The position numbers and the translations under genes were made by a program. Under the pieces are notes generated by a model. The model was not told the DNA's origin and did not search any database. It saw only the letters and a list, made by a program, of their open reading frames with translations. 64,000 nucleotides of DNA from assembly GCA_965248755.1 (NCBI GenBank), contig OZ252149.1, positions 2,624,001 to 2,688,000 on the forward strand, in the 5' to 3' direction. Source of the DNA: Candidatus Latescibacterota bacterium (lineage in GTDB: Bacteria; Latescibacterota; CBDEFO01). Positions 21,488 to 31,522 of this stretch are shown piece after piece (within the stretch, counting starts at the first letter, position 1; every line of letters begins with the position of its first letter).

Positions 21488-21650
21488 TTTGTTTCATCAC
21501 CTCCTTCCAAGAACTAATGTGATCAACTGCAATACAGGAGCTCTTTTCTGAAGCTTCGCTCCCTCCTTTCCTTTGTGTGAAACCATTGTAGCTTACGGCA
21601 TGAGAGTTTTTTAAGTTAATAGAAGTATCTTTTCAGAAAACAAATGAGGA

Positions 21651-24600
21651 CTACCTATAGCTGTTATATAGACGTGTATATGTCCGTTCATTGGTTTCCA
21701 ATGTATAAGTCCTTTCATTGATTTTCAATTGGACTATATACATCCCGCTTCCCACTGGCTGACCACTCTCGTCTTGCCCATTCCAGACGACCGCATACTC
21801 TCCAGCAGGCTGTAATTCCTCCGGCATCAACTCTTGCACACGTTGACCTAACAAATTGTAGATGGACAACTGTACCCGGGCTGTCTCCGGTAACTGGAAC
21901 CTGATGGTAGTAGTCGGGTTGAACGGATTAGGTGATGTTTTCAGACCTATGTCTGAAGATGGTTCTGATGCTGTTGAAGCTGAGGCGACTGGTTGAGAGG
22001 CTTCTCTTCCCGCAGGCGGTGGAGGCAAATCCTCTACATCCAGAAGAACCATCCAAGCGCCATAAGCCACAGGGTGATTCGGATAATCTCGCAATATCGG
22101 TTCTAACAATTGTCGAGCCTGTGTCTCGTCTTTCATGTAGTACATGTACACTTCGCCCAAGGACTTCTGTGCAGAGAGCCGGTCGTCAAAATCCTCTGAT
22201 TCTGTCATCTCCTGCTCATACGCAGCTATAGCGGCATTGTACTGCCCATCAGCTACCAGGGCCTGACGCCACAGAGCAACTACTTTGCGCCGCACGGAGG
22301 CTGCCGGATGACTCGAAGCCAGGGCGTCAAACCGACTGATTACGGAGCTTAAATCTGTTCCTCTATGGAGTGCAGCCCGAAAAAGGCCATCGGCGGCACG
22401 CTCTACCATTTCCACCTCAAAGGATTCCAGCAAGAGCTGATCGTAAAGTCCTACGGCAACGTCGTACTGCCGATTCTCCTCTGCCAGCAGTGCTTGTATC
22501 AGACGCTCCTCTTGCAAGGATACTTCTCTGGCCAACGCGACAGGTTTTGGGATTAACTCTGTTTCGTAGGGCACGTAGTCAACTTCAGAACTAGGAGAAA
22601 AGAGTACAGCGGGATCTGGAGGATCAGTCCCCCACCAATTGAATTCTGCATTAATAGAAGCGTAAGAGTATCCTGTGTCGATGAATATAGCTTTTCCCCC
22701 TGCATCATCGTAGATATTATTGTCACCGGGATTAGAGCTAAGGCCAAGCTTAGGGTTTGAGTCCTTCTGGCAGTAGATCTCTGCCTTCGTGCTGCCCCCG
22801 TTGTCGACGATCTTGTTTTTTCTTCCAGTTGTACCCGTGCCCTCGAGTATCGGATCAGAATTGTTCCACAAGTGGAGCCCCCATAAACCGTTGCCAGTAA
22901 TCTTGTTATTCCCAAATGTGGGACTGGCATTATTGAAGAGGTAGACCCCTTCACCGTCGTTGCCGTCCATTGTATTGTTGTAGAACGAAGAAGGAGAACT
23001 GCTGTCCATATACACACCTATGTTATCGTTGTTGTTGATACTGGTGTTGTCATGAACATTAGGCACTGAACTGGAGTTAAGGGAGAGCCCAGTGGTGTTA
23101 AGTTCTAAGGTGTTGCCGGAGATTCTGCCTGTACTGCCCATTCCCACGGTCTTGACTCCTACCGTCGAGTAAGTTATGGTATTATCATCGATCTTTGGAG
23201 CTGAAGTATCAACATAGACACCATATTTCGCGTTTTTGATATTGCAATTTTTCACGGTACTTGTGTTGTCCGCACTCGACTTGAAGATAATGCCGTACCA
23301 CTCCTCCTTCGTCGTGCCACCATTGGTAGATTGAAAGGTGATAGACCCTGATGTTCCATCGGCTAACAGCTTGCCTTCAATGACCAGTTCACAGCGGTTG
23401 GGATCCAATCCCTTCTGATTGCCATCTGTAGTAGTAAATTTGAGGGTAGTTGCTGACCCTATGGTGAGCATTTTTCCGGTAGAAACGGTGATGTCTGCAT
23501 TTGACGTGACTATAGTGCCAGACCCGGAAATACTCATGGTGCCGCCAATGTAAGCCCCATACGTCAGAGTAGTAGACGTAGCTATGTTCTCAGCCCAGTA
23601 ATTGTTCATCACATCTGCTGTTGTAGAGCTGGTATTATTCGTAATATTAAATGCAGCAACATGTGTATTGGGCCAAGAGGAGGGTCTATCACTGCCGCTT
23701 TTGATACTCGGAGTTGTAAAGTCACTTATATTTTGATTATTTGACGATCCAGGAAATGGGTCACCGAAGAGATTATCCTTGTTCGCTATACCATCAGCCT
23801 CGATGAGATCTTGGTTAAGGCCGAAATTAGATTGTCTTATGTACCATACCAAAAGGCCAGAACCACTCCAAAAGTGCTTCCAAAGGTATCTATTAAACCC
23901 TTGTCCTCCTTTCCTATGCTCAAGCACATAATATTCCGATTGATACCCAGTAAATAAGCGGTAGTAAACACCTGAACCTATCTGCTTATTCTCTTCCCTG
24001 CCCGCGATAGCTGTGAATTGTAGCCACCCTTGGTTCATTCTTTCCTCAGGTGATAGTGAAAACGGGCAGTTTCCTATTCGCGACCCACTTTGTGATCCAC
24101 TCTGCATAAGAGACCACCACCCCATATCTGTGCCAGGGTGGTACTGTCCCAGCAGATGCCCAAATTCGTGTGCATGAGTTCCAATATGAGGGAAGTTAGC
24201 TCCTGCATATTCCTGTTTTCGGACGTTTGTGTCGTGATTGGAATCTCTCCTTTCACTCATTGAGTAGTATCCGCCACCAATGCCATTGACTTGTGGAGTC
24301 AATCCCCCAGCATCATAGAGGTTTCCTGCATATATATACGCTATCTTACGAGTAGTACTCGTTGACGTATTGATCCCTGCATCTTGCGCAGCTTGTATCG
24401 CAGCGTTAAAGAAAATCGAGGCAGTAAGACTATCGTAGATAGCTTTTGATTCTGGTAAAGTCAACCAGATCGGTACACCATTCCCGTCTACGCTATTCAA
24501 TACTCCTCCTCCATTATTCTTAGTAAGGTTGAAGGTTCCCCCTGACATATCGTCATAGTAGGCCCACACACTTCCGAACACTGTCTCGCCATCAGGATGG

Positions 24601-25133
24601 GATGTGTAGTTGGTGCTGAACAACATATCCTCAAACTGTACTTTTGTGTAAGCACTTGGGCTAGTACGATGCTTTACATCTGTAAATTCCACTAGTACAA
24701 TTCCTTGAGTTACCTCTGGCGGTGCGCCTAACGTTTTGCTGACCTTTGCTGCACCTATTGTTGGTAGAAAGCCACGCCTTCTTTTTTCCGCTTCTATCTC
24801 CTTCTTCCTCTGCGAGCTTCTCTTCAGATGCTTTTCAATCCCATTTTCCACAGGATCATCGATCTCCACCTTGAATCCGGATTTATGGAATTCACCTCTC
24901 GAATCCAACTCGGCATAGTAGAAGTACCCATCCACCACATCGCGTTTATACTTATAGCCGTCCTCTGTTTCAGAGTTAAATTCAAACTCGTCTCCCCACT
25001 CCCTGCCGACAAAGGTGACACCATTCGGCTGTCTAACTGTGATAAAATCGGTATCTAAATAGTAAGCGAAAGAAAGTCCACCGCTCAACAGCACTGTTAC
25101 GAGCACAGCTATTAGCAAGACGATCCTATTCAT
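21651..25133 (-). CDS. Secreted M6 (immune inhibitor A-like) metalloprotease + beta-helix + TPR + FlgD-Ig CTD with altered last 6 aa
   Basis: QPNG...GDEF propeptide, HEFGHLLG, WSLMQSG, EYYVLEHR, DPFPG; CTD ends RTYTRLYNSYR. Confidence 0.88.
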   Translation of the reverse strand: MNRIVLLIAVLVTVLLSGGLSFAYYLDTDFITVRQPNGVTFVGREWGDEFEFNSETEDGYKYKRDVVDGYFYYAELDSRGEFHKSGFKVEIDDPVENGIEKHLKRSSQRKKEIEAEKRRRGFLPTIGAAKVSKTLGAPPEVTQGIVLVEFTDVKHRTSPSAYTKVQFEDMLFSTNYTSHPDGETVFGSVWAYYDDMSGGTFNLTKNNGGGVLNSVDGNGVPIWLTLPESKAIYDSLTASIFFNAAIQAAQDAGINTSTSTTRKIAYIYAGNLYDAGGLTPQVNGIGGGYYSMSERRDSNHDTNVRKQEYAGANFPHIGTHAHEFGHLLGQYHPGTDMGWWSLMQSGSQSGSRIGNCPFSLSPEERMNQGWLQFTAIAGREENKQIGSGVYYRLFTGYQSEYYVLEHRKGGQGFNRYLWKHFWSGSGLLVWYIRQSNFGLNQDLIEADGIANKDNLFGDPFPGSSNNQNISDFTTPSIKSGSDRPSSWPNTHVAAFNITNNTSSTTADVMNNYWAENIATSTTLTYGAYIGGTMSISGSGTIVTSNADITVSTGKMLTIGSATTLKFTTTDGNQKGLDPNRCELVIEGKLLADGTSGSITFQSTNGGTTKEEWYGIIFKSSADNTSTVKNCNIKNAKYGVYVDTSAPKIDDNTITYSTVGVKTVGMGSTGRISGNTLELNTTGLSLNSSSVPNVHDNTSINNNDNIGVYMDSSSPSSFYNNTMDGNDGEGVYLFNNASPTFGNNKITGNGLWGLHLWNNSDPILEGTGTTGRKNKIVDNGGSTKAEIYCQKDSNPKLGLSSNPGDNNIYDDAGGKAIFIDTGYSYASINAEFNWWGTDPPDPAVLFSPSSEVDYVPYETELIPKPVALAREVSLQEERLIQALLAEENRQYDVAVGLYDQLLLESFEVEMVERAADGLFRAALHRGTDLSSVISRFDALASSHPAASVRRKVVALWRQALVADGQYNAAIAAYEQEMTESEDFDDRLSAQKSLGEVYMYYMKDETQARQLLEPILRDYPNHPVAYGAWMVLLDVEDLPPPPAGREASQPVASASTASEPSSDIGLKTSPNPFNPTTTIRFQLPETARVQLSIYNLLGQRVQELMPEELQPAGEYAVVWNGQDESGQPVGSGMYIVQLKINERTYTLETNERTYTRLYNSYR

Positions 25134-25145
25134 TTTCTTATCATC

Positions 25146-26621
25146 CTATTTTAGAATAACTGCCTTTCTTGCTATACTCAACTCCTTGCTCTTCATCCTG
25201 TAAATGTATATGGCGGTTCCCACCTCCTTTCCTTGTTTGTCTCTGCCATACCATACTATGGAGTGACGGCCAGCATCCATTTCCTTATCCACAAGTGTTG
25301 CTACCTTTTGCCCCTTCATATTAAATACGGATATATTTACGTGGCTCCTATTGGGGAGATCGTAATGGATCACTGTCTCAGCGTTGAACGGATTGGGATA
25401 GTTCTGAGAAAGGCCGTAAGACTCAGGAACATTTAATGCAGACTCTGCCTCAACAGTTATAGCAGTGGAGTCATCCGCAGAAGAGCTGGAGAGATTCAAC
25501 AACACTGATACACTATTACTACCCCAGTTAGCTGTGACTAAGTCATTATCTCCATCTCCATCCAAATCTGCACTGAAAACTGACTGCGGGCGACTGCCAA
25601 CACCAAAGGCCACCTTAGGTGCGAATGTTCCATCTCCATTATTCAACAATACTGACACAGCGTTGCTTTTTTCATTAGCCGCAACCAGGTCATTATATCC
25701 ATCTCCATCTAAATCTGTACTGAACACTGACTGCGGAAGAGTTTCGACGATATAGCTCGCCTTGGGTGCGAACGTACCATCTCCATTATTCAGCAACACT
25801 GACACAGTACCGCCGCCGAAGGCCACATCCCCAATAGCCAAGTCATTATCTCCATCCCCATCTAGATCTGCAATGAATACTGACCTGGGTAAATCCCCCG
25901 CGTTATAGTCCACTTTTAGTTCAAATGTGCCATCTCCCTTATTCAACAACACCGACACAGTATTACTACCCCAATTAGCTACAGCCAGGTCATTATCTCC
26001 GTCACCGTCTAAATCTGCACCAAAAACGGAACGGGGTTGACTTCCAACACCATGGTCGACTCCATGTCTAAATGTGCCATCACCGTTATTTAACAATACT
26101 GACACATTATTGTCGAACGGATCATCAAACAAATCACTATAATTGGCCACAGCCAAATCATTATCCCCATCCCCATCTAAATCCGCAATGAAAACTGCTG
26201 CGGACCAAAACCCAGTGCTATATCTCACATTAGATGCGAATGTCCCATCACCGTTATTTAACAACACTGACACAGTACCGTCGCCGGAGAAGCCCGCATT
26301 AGCCACAGCCAAGTCATTATCTCCATCTCCATCCAAATCAGCAATGAAGACTGATTGGGGTCCCATCTCAACACCGTAGTCAACCTTAGATGCAAATGTC
26401 CCATCCCCATTATTCAAAAACACTGACACACTAGCGCTGTTGAAATTAGCCACAGCCAAGTCATTATCTCCATCTCCATCCAAATCAGCAATGAAGACTG
26501 ATTGGGGACTATTCCCAACGGCATAGTCAGTCCTGGCCCCGAAAAGACTTAGTGCATCGACAACCGTATTCATAGCAACCAATAGCGCGACAGCAACTGT
26601 CGATAACGTGAATCTTGTCAT
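25146..26621 (-). CDS. Secreted FG-GAP repeat protein with FlgD-Ig CTD
   Basis: Seven ADLDGDGDNDLAVAN-type repeats; NYPNPFN CTD; ATG 26621 after AGAGGTG. Confidence 0.88.
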   Translation of the reverse strand: MTRFTLSTVAVALLVAMNTVVDALSLFGARTDYAVGNSPQSVFIADLDGDGDNDLAVANFNSASVSVFLNNGDGTFASKVDYGVEMGPQSVFIADLDGDGDNDLAVANAGFSGDGTVSVLLNNGDGTFASNVRYSTGFWSAAVFIADLDGDGDNDLAVANYSDLFDDPFDNNVSVLLNNGDGTFRHGVDHGVGSQPRSVFGADLDGDGDNDLAVANWGSNTVSVLLNKGDGTFELKVDYNAGDLPRSVFIADLDGDGDNDLAIGDVAFGGGTVSVLLNNGDGTFAPKASYIVETLPQSVFSTDLDGDGYNDLVAANEKSNAVSVLLNNGDGTFAPKVAFGVGSRPQSVFSADLDGDGDNDLVTANWGSNSVSVLLNLSSSSADDSTAITVEAESALNVPESYGLSQNYPNPFNAETVIHYDLPNRSHVNISVFNMKGQKVATLVDKEMDAGRHSIVWYGRDKQGKEVGTAIYIYRMKSKELSIARKAVILK

Positions 26622-26871
26622 TAGGACACCTCTTATCAACAGGTAAGATATTTCATATATGGTCCTTTTCAAACATCACTTCCGCCTCTACTCACACGAA
26701 ACCACTACCCATAGCGGAATGGAAGCTCTTTAGGTTAAGGTAACCCAGTAGCGTTTTTAGAAGTCAAATGCGAGCTACCTATAGCTGTTACGTAGAATTC
26801 GTGAAAGACACCGCATAGAAGTCATCAAGTTCTTTGCTTAATCAGGATAATGTTAGTAACTATTATGTGTA

Positions 26872-26970
26872 TATATAGTACAATTCCCAAGCTTTGTCAA
26901 GCTTTCTTTGATGACATATCTTAAATATTTTACAGGTATTTAGTATTTGTCAACTATTTTACAAATACTA
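26872..26970 (-). promoter_or_regulatory. Sigma70 promoter plus upstream AGTATTTGT-N10-ACAAATACT palindrome (module 1)
   Basis: TTGACA-17-TATATA on minus (-35 at 26895-26900); palindrome 26942-26969. Confidence 0.65.
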
Positions 26971-27000
26971 TAGTAAATCATTATTCTTCTAATTTAATTA

Positions 27001-27166
27001 GATACCTGAGATAGAGAAAACATCCAAATGTGTTTTGACTTTTTTTCCAAATTGAAGATAAAGTACAATATCTTAAAAAGAGAATATTAACAAGCTAAGA
27101 GTTTGGATGATATATCGCCTGGCGTGTTCGCTTATTTTTTGTCAGTTTGAAAAAAGTTGCATCCAC
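27001..27166. repeat. ~165-bp direct repeat of 30948-31112
   Basis: GATACCT.AGATAGAGAAAACATCCAAA...AAATTGAAGATAAAGTACAATATCTTAAA...ATATCGCCTGGCGT in both. Confidence 0.85.
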
Positions 27167-27567
27167 CGCGACGTCTGCATCACCTCTTGGCCGATGGATG
27201 TGCTGAAGTTCGGGGATCAAAACGGTTGGAAATCACCTCACACTGAACTGCTTGAAATTCAAATGGAACACCTCATATATTGAGTAGTTTAAGAAAAGTG
27301 GACGAAGGCTCCCCTTTCCCCCTGTATGTTGCCGACTTCAAGAAGATGTCCTTACCTATTAATCTTCTCAGATTCTAACTCACTTGCGTAAATCCTTGTG
27401 CTCTTGAGAGTAATAGTATCCGCTTTCAAGGGCATATTTTTCCCAAAGACAGGGAAATTCTATATAGATTCCGTTGGGGAAACTAAATATGCAGCACAAT
27501 TAAAATCGCTCTATTCAGCTTAATTTCAATTGCTTCTGAACATATAGGAGCACAATACGCTACATAA

Positions 27568-27582
27568 TGGCACAACTTTTGC
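27568..27582 (+). promoter_or_regulatory. Orphan sigma54-type motif
   Basis: TGGCACAACTTTTGC; no convincing plus-strand gene follows. Confidence 0.4.
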
Positions 27583-27644
27583 GGTGATTCACATCGGAAA
27601 TCCATCCTACTGAAATTTGCTTGCAACTCCAACGTGAAACCCAC

Positions 27645-28976
27645 TTAGGTACCGATTATAGTTAGGGAGCCTGTCGAAGTTATTTTCATATCGCTCGTGA
27701 GAGTATGCGTGATCGCCTTCGTCAGGGTTAAGGGGGCTTTGACGGTCCCGCCTTTCGGTTCTGGATCGAGAATCCACAGCCCCGTGCGCATATCACTGGC
27801 CACGAGATAGCCCTTTCCGCCAATTGTGGCATAGCGTACCCCCAAGCACTTCGGATCATTCCCACCACCACCACCTTCATTGTCGCCAGTAATGTAATAG
27901 CCGATCTCGGATGGGGATGTCCGATTACTGATATCCAAGACCCGCACCCCGTGCCCATAATGGGAGAGGTACAATCGATTCCCATTGATCCAGGGATTAT
28001 GCACCGAATGGAGAAATCCCTGGTCATTTAAATTATCATGATCCCAGTTCGGATGTTCGGAGCCTGACAAGGCACTCCCTGTAAACTGTCGGACATCCAC
28101 CCCACCGGATTCCGTATATGATCTAGTGAGGTCTTCATAACAGATATATAAGTATCCATTTCCAGTCAGAGCCGAACTATGGGTTAGATCTATCGGCGAT
28201 GGAAGGTAAGTAGCCACCGGATCTGGATCATTCAGGCCTAAGGAGCTGAGATCCGAGATGTCAATCACTTGAGTCCCCCCGCCCACATTGTAGCTCACAA
28301 AGGCATATGGCGTCCCGCTATATGTCGCCACATAGGTGTCGTGGGCAGCCACTCTATAGCTCTGATTGACATTCCTATCACTATACCAATCGCCAATATG
28401 GGTCGGTTGCCCACCCGTTCGAATCGGGGCCATATCCACAAAGTGGACCCGACCACCATCATCAAAAGCATCCAGATTATCATTCAACAGGAGCTTATCT
28501 CCCCAAACGGTGATTGAATGCACGGCGTGATCTTTAAAATATCGATCAACAGATGATGGTTGAGCAGGATTTGCCCCAATATCGAAAACCTCAACCCCGG
28601 CTTTATCCGCATCCGCATCCGCATCGTCTTTAAAATCCGACCAAGACAGGAAGAGATACTTGCCATCAGGGGAGACTTCGATATCTGCACTCCCTTCGTT
28701 CGCAGTCGGAGACCCAGTAACGACAGTGGTCTTGAATACTGGATTGCTGGGAGTGGAAATGTTCCAGACATCGAAGCCTTTGTCAAGAATGGCAACATAC
28801 GCCATAGTGTCGTACACGGCCACTTCACCATACTGTTTACCCCCGTGCGCGGGTTTCAGACCATGACCGATCAAATTCACATTCTCCCCTCGACCATCTC
28901 CACCGAGAGCCACTTCAGGGAGACCGACACTGAGCAGAACGATGACTATGCTCGCAATCAAGAAATAGATTTTTAT
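27645..28976 (-). pseudogene. LVIVD/choice-of-anchor-B-like beta-propeller, C-terminally truncated; apparent ATA start
   Basis: HSVHNPW, YLSHYGHGVRVLDIS, ASDMRTGLWIL; GGAGG-N5-ATA AAA ATC; stops where its neighbours begin the beta-helix/CTD part. Confidence 0.65.
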
Positions 28977-29063
28977 TACAACCTCCCACAGATTAAGGAA
29001 TTTTTCAGCAACAGACCCTGCGAAACACCACAGGAGAACTATCCGAGTACCTCTTTTCCATAC

Positions 29064-30545
29064 TTATTTCGCTATCACCACCTTTCGCGTCACAACATCC
29101 TGGTTCGTCCGTAAACGAACGATATAGATCCCATTACTGACTTCAGTACCCTGCGCATCCCTGCCATCCCAGAGCTCCTGAAAATTTCCAGCTTCCACCT
29201 GCCCCTGTATCAGGGTCCTTACTTTCTGCCCGGCGAGATTGAACACTTCAAGCTCAAGCCATGTCCTTGTTGGCAACGAATAGGCAATAACCGTGCCCCA
29301 CCTCCCTGGATTCGGTGCATTCCCCAATAATAGCGCGGCTGGACGCTGTGGTTGTGAGGTATCCATATCTTCCTGGTCCACGAGAGTCGAATCTCCCGTA
29401 AAGGATATCTTCCGCACGCGTCCCTGCCTAAGGGAAGGCTGGGACATCACATACAGATCCCCCTGAGAATCAAGGGCCAACCACCACGGAACGAGGGCTG
29501 CCTCGAGAGGATCCCCCCCATCCCCGGTGTTATCATCCTCCCCTGTCCCCGCAATGGTCGTTATGATCCCCTGGGGATCGATCCTGCGCACCCGCCGACT
29601 GCCCTGATCGGAGACATAGAGATTCCCGGCACGGTCCCGAACCACATCCACCGCGTTGACTAACCCAGCCTCCAGCGCTGGACCACCATCTCCCGAATAC
29701 TCCTCAGTACCATTCCCAGCGATCGTGGTGATGATGCCTGTCTGCGCTTCAATCTTCCGCACATAGAGAAATTGTGCCAAATAGATATTCCCTTCCTCAT
29801 CCACACAACCTCCTCCCGAAGACGAAGAGTTCAGCTTGACCTCAGTCGCCGCTTTTCCATCCACATCTAAAAACAACGGATCCTCAATCCGAAATCGGCT
29901 TCCTCCACCACCACTTATGTCCACACGATTGATGCGTTCCCCAGTTCCTCCCAGCCACAGGAGATTCCCCTCCAGATCCCGCTTCCACAACCGCCCTGAC
30001 GACACGTGGTCATAGAAGTAGACTTGCCCTTGCATATCCACCGCCACGACACTAAGGGAATTCCCTTCCTCTCCCACCATCCCGACAATGGGTGCCATCT
30101 CGCCCTCCGGGGTAATCTTCCAGATCAACTTTCGGATCTCTCCGACCGGTCTATTACAGTGCACAAACGGCGGATCAGGCTGCACAAACGGCGGCAAAAC
30201 GACTGGCTTCGATATCTGGTCCTCAGCGGCCTCACCTACATAGATATTCCCTGTCTGATCTATGGCGATCCCCAATGGTTGGATGAACTGTCGTTCCCCG
30301 GTAGGCGGCACGATCCGTAAGGGCTCTGCTCGATCTATCACAAGCAAAAAGCACGTATTTAGAAGATAAAGCTCATCATCCGGACCAACGGCGACATCCA
30401 CCGGACCAAAGTCTGTTCCAGGCACTGTCGTGATGACATCGGCTTGAGCCACTAAAGCACTTGTCATCAGGAATACTACCCCTGCAAGAGTACCGACGAA
30501 CATGCACACCGATTGTCGTAATCGCCCTATACACCTCGTCTTCAT
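29064..30545 (-). CDS. Secreted NHL-repeat protein with FlgD-Ig CTD
   Basis: ITTIAGNG..YSGDGGPA repeats; NAPNP...WDGRD...GIYIVRL. Confidence 0.85.
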   Translation of the reverse strand: MKTRCIGRLRQSVCMFVGTLAGVVFLMTSALVAQADVITTVPGTDFGPVDVAVGPDDELYLLNTCFLLVIDRAEPLRIVPPTGERQFIQPLGIAIDQTGNIYVGEAAEDQISKPVVLPPFVQPDPPFVHCNRPVGEIRKLIWKITPEGEMAPIVGMVGEEGNSLSVVAVDMQGQVYFYDHVSSGRLWKRDLEGNLLWLGGTGERINRVDISGGGGSRFRIEDPLFLDVDGKAATEVKLNSSSSGGGCVDEEGNIYLAQFLYVRKIEAQTGIITTIAGNGTEEYSGDGGPALEAGLVNAVDVVRDRAGNLYVSDQGSRRVRRIDPQGIITTIAGTGEDDNTGDGGDPLEAALVPWWLALDSQGDLYVMSQPSLRQGRVRKISFTGDSTLVDQEDMDTSQPQRPAALLLGNAPNPGRWGTVIAYSLPTRTWLELEVFNLAGQKVRTLIQGQVEAGNFQELWDGRDAQGTEVSNGIYIVRLRTNQDVVTRKVVIAK

Positions 30546-30693
30546 GAAAGTATCACCCCCATCGAATTACCATCCATAGCTCTCCAAAAAATTACACGAA
30601 ACATGCATTCCCTTTTATGAAAGGTTGAATCCAGCCCAAATCCAGACCGATCCTTACTCGAATCAGGATAAGACAAACACCAAAACGCGCATC

Positions 30694-30795
30694 AATATAC
30701 GACAATTCCAACACTGTGTCAATGCTTTTTTTGGTTATATTTATATATGTTACAAGTTTTTAGTATTTGTCCAATATTCTACAAATACTAAAAAC
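30694..30795 (-). promoter_or_regulatory. Sigma70 promoter plus perfect 15-bp-arm palindrome (module 2)
   Basis: TTGACA-17-TATATT (-35 at 30717-30722); GTTTTTAGTATTTGT-N10-ACAAATACTAAAAAC at 30756-30795. Confidence 0.7.
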
Positions 30796-31073
30796 AATAT
30801 GCAAACGTACACTATATCTGTATCAGGCTATTGCATTTCCAGCATTTCCTGTTGAAGCAAATCTTCTGTGAGAGTTCATATAATCGTATCCATACTAAGT
30901 GGCATTTTCTATCTCCGCTTTTGCATTTGTCAACTCCTCTTTAAATTGATACCTTAGATAGAGAAAACATCCAAACTTTTTTTGACTTTTTTTTCAAATT
31001 GAAGATAAAGTACAATATCTTAAAGAGAGTGTTAGAAAGGTAAAGAGTTTGGATGAAATATCGCCTGGCGTAT

Positions 31074-31199
31074 TCACTTATTTTTGCCAGTTTGAAAACA
31101 AGTTGCTTCCACAGTGGAAACCCCTGTCAACACATAAATGCTCATGATACCTACTGCATCGAACAGCTTCATCGACTTAAGAGTCCTCTTAGTAGTCAT
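31074..31199 (-). pseudogene. Remnant of the 5' end of a matrixin-gene paralog
   Basis: MTTKRTLKSMKLFDAVGIMSIYVLTGVSTVEAT aligns with TTTERILKSLKQPYAITIISIYVLLAVSTIEAT at 20373. Confidence 0.7.
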
Positions 31200-31522
31200 C
31201 GTTGACCTACTCAGTAAAAACTGATTTAATCCCTCCCCAAGATCTAGCCTCCACAGATGTGGGATACTGTGGTAGCGGCACGAAGAACAGACCGTCAGGC
31301 GTCGACACGTACAGACGTGATCTATTGTGATCTACCGCCAGTACAGAGCCAAAACCCGGCAAGGGCGCAGTGAAGTGCCCCCATATATTCCCCCCATCGG
31401 TAGTATAAAATAGCCCCTCTGTGGTAATCACGTAGAGAACATCGGAAACATTTGGATCGGGGAACAAATGGTATGCCTTCCCAGGGAATCGGGCTTCTGC
31501 AGTAGCAATAGGATTGTATTCG

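Noticed and set aside
21651..26790. 16-bp direct repeat CTACCTATAGCTGTTA as attL/attR of an integrated 5.1-kb cassette
   Set aside because: Homology to the shared leader continues left of 26775, so duplication plus deletion explains it; no recombinase or integron attC structure is present
26790..26803. ACGTAGAATTCGTG resembles the ISEcp1 right end
   Set aside because: Does not match the IRs of the IS1380 actually present; no partner end or TSD
27640..27665. Minus-strand TAACTATAATCGGTACCTAAG resembles the 23S rRNA I-CeuI site
   Set aside because: Needs two insertions, lies in coding sequence, and has no flanking rRNA similarity
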